A stretch of 32,154 nucleotides of DNA, from sequence record SRR22947725_591; one strand, 5' to 3'. The notes under the pieces were generated by a model. The model ran no database searches, was not told the DNA's origin, and saw only the letters and a program-made list of their open reading frames with translations. Shown here piece by piece: positions 28,028 through 32,154 of the stretch (its first letter is position 1; each line of letters starts with the position of its first letter). Made by a program: the position numbers and the translations under genes.

Positions 28028-29626
28028 GTGATGAAAAAAATAAAATTAATTTTTCTGGCTCTAATTTGTTCATCGTTAATTAATTGTGCTAAAAGAGGAA
28101 TTCCACAAGGAGGGCCTGAAGATGAAGATCCCCCAGTTCTTTTAAATGCTGAGCCGGCAGAAAATTCAGTTTATTTTAAAGAGGATAGAATAAGACTTTA
28201 TTTTAATGAATACATCAAACTCAAAGACTTTAGAAAACAACTTGTTGTTTCTCCTCCTTTGGATAAAAGTTTTTATTCAATTAGTCCTCAATCTGGGGCA
28301 TCAAAATATATTCAAATTGATATCAAGGAAAAACTTGATGAAAACAGTACGTATGTTTTTAACTTTGGTCAAAGTGTCGTAGATAATAATGAAGAAAATA
28401 AACTTCCTTTTTTTAGTTACGCCTTTTCGACCGGTGAATATATTGATTCGCTATATCTTTCTGGCAACATTACTAATTCTCTTGAAAGAAAATCTGATGA
28501 TTTTATTTCAACCTTTTTATATCCAATAAATGAAAATTATAGTGACTCAATAATATATAATGGTTTGCCTAATTACGTAGGAAGTTCCCTTGACTCAACT
28601 AGTTTTAAAATGACCAATTTAAAAAAAGGGAAATATTTACTGTTAGCATTAAAAGATGAAAACAGTAATTATAAATTTGATCCTGAATTTGAGAAAATTG
28701 GATTTGTTGATGAGTTCATTGATTTACCTTTAAAGGATAGTATTAAAATAAACTTATTTAAAGAAGAAATTCCTTTTAAAAGCTTTAAACCTTTTTTAGA
28801 AACAGAAAACAGAATAGGATTTGGATTTAAAGGAAAATATAAGGATGTTGAATTAGAATTAATTGATCAAAAAAAAACAGATTTTGTTATAACCAAGAAT
28901 AAAGATTCTGATACTTTAAATTATTGGTTTAATATTAAAGAATACGATTCTTTGAAATTTGTTGTCAAATCTCCACGTTATGAAGAAAAATTTACGTTGA
29001 AGTATAAAAAAATGGAAAAAGACTCTCTAGTCATTAATCCGTCAACAAAATCAGTTTTAGAGCTTAATGAAAAATTTAAAATATATAGTAATATTCCTAT
29101 AACTAATATAAATAAAGACCAAATTAATGTTTTAAATAAAGATTCTCTTTTAATTCCTTTTAGTGTTGAAATAGACAAAAACAAGTTTGATGTAAATTTT
29201 GATTTTGAATTATTACCAAATGACAACTATATCGTTAATCTGTATCCAGATGCGTTAACTGATTTTTTAAAAACTACAAACGACACCATAAGTTATAAAT
29301 TTAAGACTAAAAGCAGAACAGAATACGGAACATTAAAGCTTGGAATTAGTAATGTTAAAGAATATCCAATTATAATTCATTTAACTAACAATAAAGATGA
29401 ATTAATTAGAAAAAAAATATTAAACTCTTTTAATGATCCTTGTGTTTTTGAATATCTAAAACCCGCTGATTATTTTGTAAAAGTTATTTTTGATGAAAAC
29501 AAAAATAAAATTTGGGATACTGGAAATTTTCTAAACAGAATTCAGCCTGAAGAGGTGTTTCACTTCAAAGAAGAATTTGTAATTAGAGCAAATTGGATCA
29601 TTGAAGAAAAAATTGTTGTAGAATGA
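28028..29626 (+). CDS. Ig-like (Big_5) domain lipoprotein
   Basis: Signal ...LICSSLIN-C; CA....PQGGPED..PP, F.EYIKL, NSTY.FNFGQSV.DNNE.N, FSTG..IDSL; two DxNxN motifs; probable start is the ATG at 28031. Confidence 0.82.
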   Translation: MMKKIKLIFLALICSSLINCAKRGIPQGGPEDEDPPVLLNAEPAENSVYFKEDRIRLYFNEYIKLKDFRKQLVVSPPLDKSFYSISPQSGASKYIQIDIKEKLDENSTYVFNFGQSVVDNNEENKLPFFSYAFSTGEYIDSLYLSGNITNSLERKSDDFISTFLYPINENYSDSIIYNGLPNYVGSSLDSTSFKMTNLKKGKYLLLALKDENSNYKFDPEFEKIGFVDEFIDLPLKDSIKINLFKEEIPFKSFKPFLETENRIGFGFKGKYKDVELELIDQKKTDFVITKNKDSDTLNYWFNIKEYDSLKFVVKSPRYEEKFTLKYKKMEKDSLVINPSTKSVLELNEKFKIYSNIPITNINKDQINVLNKDSLLIPFSVEIDKNKFDVNFDFELLPNDNYIVNLYPDALTDFLKTTNDTISYKFKTKSRTEYGTLKLGISNVKEYPIIIHLTNNKDELIRKKILNSFNDPCVFEYLKPADYFVKVIFDENKNKIWDTGNFLNRIQPEEVFHFKEEFVIRANWIIEEKIVVE

Positions 29627-30654
29627 AAAAGATTTCCATCTTAATTTTAATGGTACTTGGACTATATATATTTAATATTTTTTGGAGTACAGGTTATTTT
29701 AGAATAATTGAAAATAAGTTTGAAGGAGAGGTTTTAACTAAAATAAATATTGTTGGAGCAGAAGACATTACAATAAATCATATTGATAGTTTTGCTATAG
29801 CATCTTCAACAAAAAGAAAAGCTTTTCCCGCAAATCAACAAGAAGAAGGAGGCCTATATTATATTGATTTAAAGAAAATTGAATCAAAACCTATTCTTCT
29901 AACTAAAGATTTTAATAAACCATTTGCTCCTCATGGAATTTCAATTTTCAAAACAGACAGCATTACTACAATTGCTGTTGTGAACCACACCATTGAAAAA
30001 GAATACATAGAAATTTTTAAATTAATTGGAACTAAACTTACTCATTTTAAAACGCTTGATAATCCGATGATTTTAAGTCCAAACGATGTTGTTTTAATTA
30101 ATGAAAATAGTTTTTATTTTACTAACGATCATAAATATAAATCTGGAATATTACGTTTAGCTGAAGATTATTTAGGGCTTGCTATTTCAAATGTTATTTT
30201 TTTTGACGGATTGAAGTTCAAAGAAGTTGCTAACGGAATCTCATTTGCTAATGGTATTAATTATAATTCAAAAAAAGATTTACTTTTTGTGGCTTCCCCA
30301 AGAAAATTTTATATAAAAGTATTTAAAAAGAATAATGATAATTCTTTGTCCTTTATTGAAGATATTTACTGTGGAACAGGTGTTGATAATATAGAATTTG
30401 ATCTAGACAATACACTTTGGATAGGAGCTCATCCAAATCTTCTGCATTTTGATTCATATTCAAAAGGTAATAAAGCGTTTGCACCCTCAGAAATTATATC
30501 TATAAAATACATTGAAAAGAATAATTACATTAAAGAAAACATATATTTAGAAAAAGGTCAAGCTATGTCTGGATCTACAGTTGCAGCACCTTTTGGAAAT
30601 CTGATTCTAATGGGAAATGTAATGGATGATCATTTTCTTGTATTAAAAAAATAA
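29623..30654 (+). CDS. Paraoxonase/arylesterase-like six-bladed beta-propeller (Ca-dependent lactonase)
   Basis: GAEDI, PHGIS, VVNH, PNDV, FYFTNDH, ANGI, VDNI, GAHPN, APSE in PON1 order; N-terminal hydrophobic anchor. Confidence 0.85.
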   Translation: MKKISILILMVLGLYIFNIFWSTGYFRIIENKFEGEVLTKINIVGAEDITINHIDSFAIASSTKRKAFPANQQEEGGLYYIDLKKIESKPILLTKDFNKPFAPHGISIFKTDSITTIAVVNHTIEKEYIEIFKLIGTKLTHFKTLDNPMILSPNDVVLINENSFYFTNDHKYKSGILRLAEDYLGLAISNVIFFDGLKFKEVANGISFANGINYNSKKDLLFVASPRKFYIKVFKKNNDNSLSFIEDIYCGTGVDNIEFDLDNTLWIGAHPNLLHFDSYSKGNKAFAPSEIISIKYIEKNNYIKENIYLEKGQAMSGSTVAAPFGNLILMGNVMDDHFLVLKK

Positions 30655-30664
30655 ATCTTTAGAT

Positions 30665-31411
30665 TTAAGAAGAAATTTTGGCTTTCAAGAAATCTCTATT
30701 CATTCTTGCTATATTTTCCAGTGAAATTCCTTTAGGGCATTCTACTTCGCACGCCCCAGTATTTGTACAGTTGCCAAACCCTTCTTCATCCATTTGTTTT
30801 ACCATGTTTAAAACTCTATCATTAGCCTCTACTTTTCCTTGTGGAAGAAAAGAAAACTGAGACACTTTAGCCGAAACAAATAACATTGCGCTTGAATTTT
30901 TACAAGTAGCTACACAAGCTCCACATCCAATACAAGTAGCGGCATCAAATGCTTTATCAGCACTGTTTTTTTCTATTGGAATAGCATTAGCATCTTGAGT
31001 ATTTCCTGAAGTATTTATAGAAATATAGCCTCCTGCATGTTGAATCCTATCAAATGACGAACGATCAACAACTAAATCTTTAATAACTGGAAAAGAATTT
31101 GCTCTAAATGGTTCAATATGGATTGTGTCTCCATCTTTAAATTTTCTCATATGTAACTGACATGTTGTTACAAGTCTGTCTGGTCCATGTGCTTCTCCAT
31201 TAATAAACATAGAGCAAGAACCGCATATTCCTTCTCTACAATCATGATCAAATGCTACAGGATCAACACCATCAGAAGTCAATTGTTCATTGAGAACATC
31301 CATCATTTCTAAAAATGACATATCTGGTGAAATGTTTTCTATATCGTAAGAAACAATTTTACCTTTATCGTTCGAATTTTTTTGACGCCAAATTTTTAAT
31401 TTAAGTTTCAT
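30665..31411 (-). CDS. sdhB: Succinate dehydrogenase/fumarate reductase iron-sulfur subunit
   Basis: [36 protein letters not shown]. Confidence 0.97.
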   Translation of the reverse strand: MKLKLKIWRQKNSNDKGKIVSYDIENISPDMSFLEMMDVLNEQLTSDGVDPVAFDHDCREGICGSCSMFINGEAHGPDRLVTTCQLHMRKFKDGDTIHIEPFRANSFPVIKDLVVDRSSFDRIQHAGGYISINTSGNTQDANAIPIEKNSADKAFDAATCIGCGACVATCKNSSAMLFVSAKVSQFSFLPQGKVEANDRVLNMVKQMDEEGFGNCTNTGACEVECPKGISLENIARMNRDFLKAKISS

Positions 31412-31412
31412 C

Positions 31413-32154
31413 CTATTTATAAGATCTAGTTTTTAGTTCTATATTTTCATAAATCAAATTCTCTTTATGTAAAACAGCTTCCGAGGGCTCCCCTTTATTT
31501 TCCCAAGCTGAGACAAAAGTAAAGTTTTTATCATCTCTTAAAGCTTCCCCTTCATTAGTTTGAGATTCTTCCCTAAAATGACCCCCACATGATTCCGATC
31601 TTTCTAAAGCGTCTTTAGCAAACAATTCTCCTAATTCAAGAAAGTCTGAAACCCTAACTGCTTTGGCTAAAGGTTCGTTAAAAGAATCTTTAGAGCCAGG
31701 TACAGAAACGTTTTTATAAAAATCTTTTCTAAGCAATTGAAGTTCTTCGATGGCTTCTTTTAGTTCTTTCTCATTTCTAGACATTCCACACTTATTCCAA
31801 ATAATTTTACCCAGTTTTTTATGAAAATAGTCTACACTTTTATTGCCATTATTATTGATTAATAATTCTATTTTATTTTTAACGGCTTTTTCGGCTTCTT
31901 CAAATTCTTTACTATCAGTGGAAATTGAACCAGTCCTAATATCATCAGCTAAATAATCCCCTATAGTGTAAGGAAGAACAAAATACCCATCTGCTAATCC
32001 TTGCATAAGTGCAGATGCTCCTAATCGATTAGCACCATGATCAGAAAAATTAGCTTCCCCAATTGCAAAACATCCTGGGATTGTAGTCATTAAATTGTAA
32101 TCAACCCAAACACCTCCCATTGTGTAATGAACTGCAGGATAAATCATCATTGGA
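31413..32154 (-). CDS. sdhA: Succinate dehydrogenase/fumarate reductase flavoprotein subunit (C-terminal part; continues beyond window)
   Basis: [30 protein letters not shown]; frame open to the window edge. Confidence 0.96.
   Translation of the reverse strand, partial: PMMIYPAVHYTMGGVWVDYNLMTTIPGCFAIGEANFSDHGANRLGASALMQGLADGYFVLPYTIGDYLADDIRTGSISTDSKEFEEAEKAVKNKIELLINNNGNKSVDYFHKKLGKIIWNKCGMSRNEKELKEAIEELQLLRKDFYKNVSVPGSKDSFNEPLAKAVRVSDFLELGELFAKDALERSESCGGHFREESQTNEGEALRDDKNFTFVSAWENKGEPSEAVLHKENLIYENIELKTRSYK

Noticed and set aside
821..30860. Short antisense or alternative-frame ORFs in the ORF track (e.g. 821-1033, 8222-8422, 10282-10515, 13200-13517, 20553-20804, 28978-29226, 30678-30860)
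   Set aside because: All lie wholly inside well-supported genes, have no recognisable motifs and look like codon-bias shadows
31413..32154. Short 245-aa sdhA as a possible pseudogene
   Set aside because: Frame is open to the window edge; truncation is a window artefact
1..32154. CRISPR arrays, tRNA/rRNA, IS elements, prophage or defence genes
   Set aside because: No spaced direct repeats, cloverleafs, transposase/integrase or defence motifs; longest intergenic gap is 141 nt

Overview
Very AT-rich, densely packed core-genome window from a Bacteroidota (Flavobacteriaceae-like, probably streamlined marine) bacterium. The assignment rests on TAnnTTTG promoters, no Shine-Dalgarno motifs in the intergenic gaps I examined, an alpha2-type GlyRS, and DUF2723/DUF4270 genes. 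It holds 27 CDS: DUF2723 (GT-C/TMEM260-like), a Cys-free thioredoxin-fold protein, a metallophosphoesterase, polA, rplM-rpsI-rpsB-tsf-pyrH-frr, an MMPL/RND transporter, asnS, rpoN, a GT2, a DUF4270 lipoprotein with a half-length glycogen-synthase-like gene, panC-panD, an LPG-synthase-TM protein, radA, a Tas-like AKR, xth, glyS, an Ig-like lipoprotein, a paraoxonase-like propeller, sdhB and a partial sdhA. I found no mobile element, CRISPR, tRNA/rRNA or defence island. The best leads are: (i) a candidate protein O-mannosylation enzyme (DUF2723, with a duplicated C-terminal module) plus a lipoprotein rich in Bacteroidota glycosylation sequons; (ii) a GT5 pseudo-enzyme paired with the DUF4270 surface lipoprotein, which carries a Ca-binding insert; (iii) structured leaders before rpsB and rplM; (iv) apparently leaderless panD and glyS; (v) a proofreading-dead Pol I, a redox-dead thioredoxin, an internal Tat motif and a PON-like lactonase. 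Family names come from motif recognition, not database searches.
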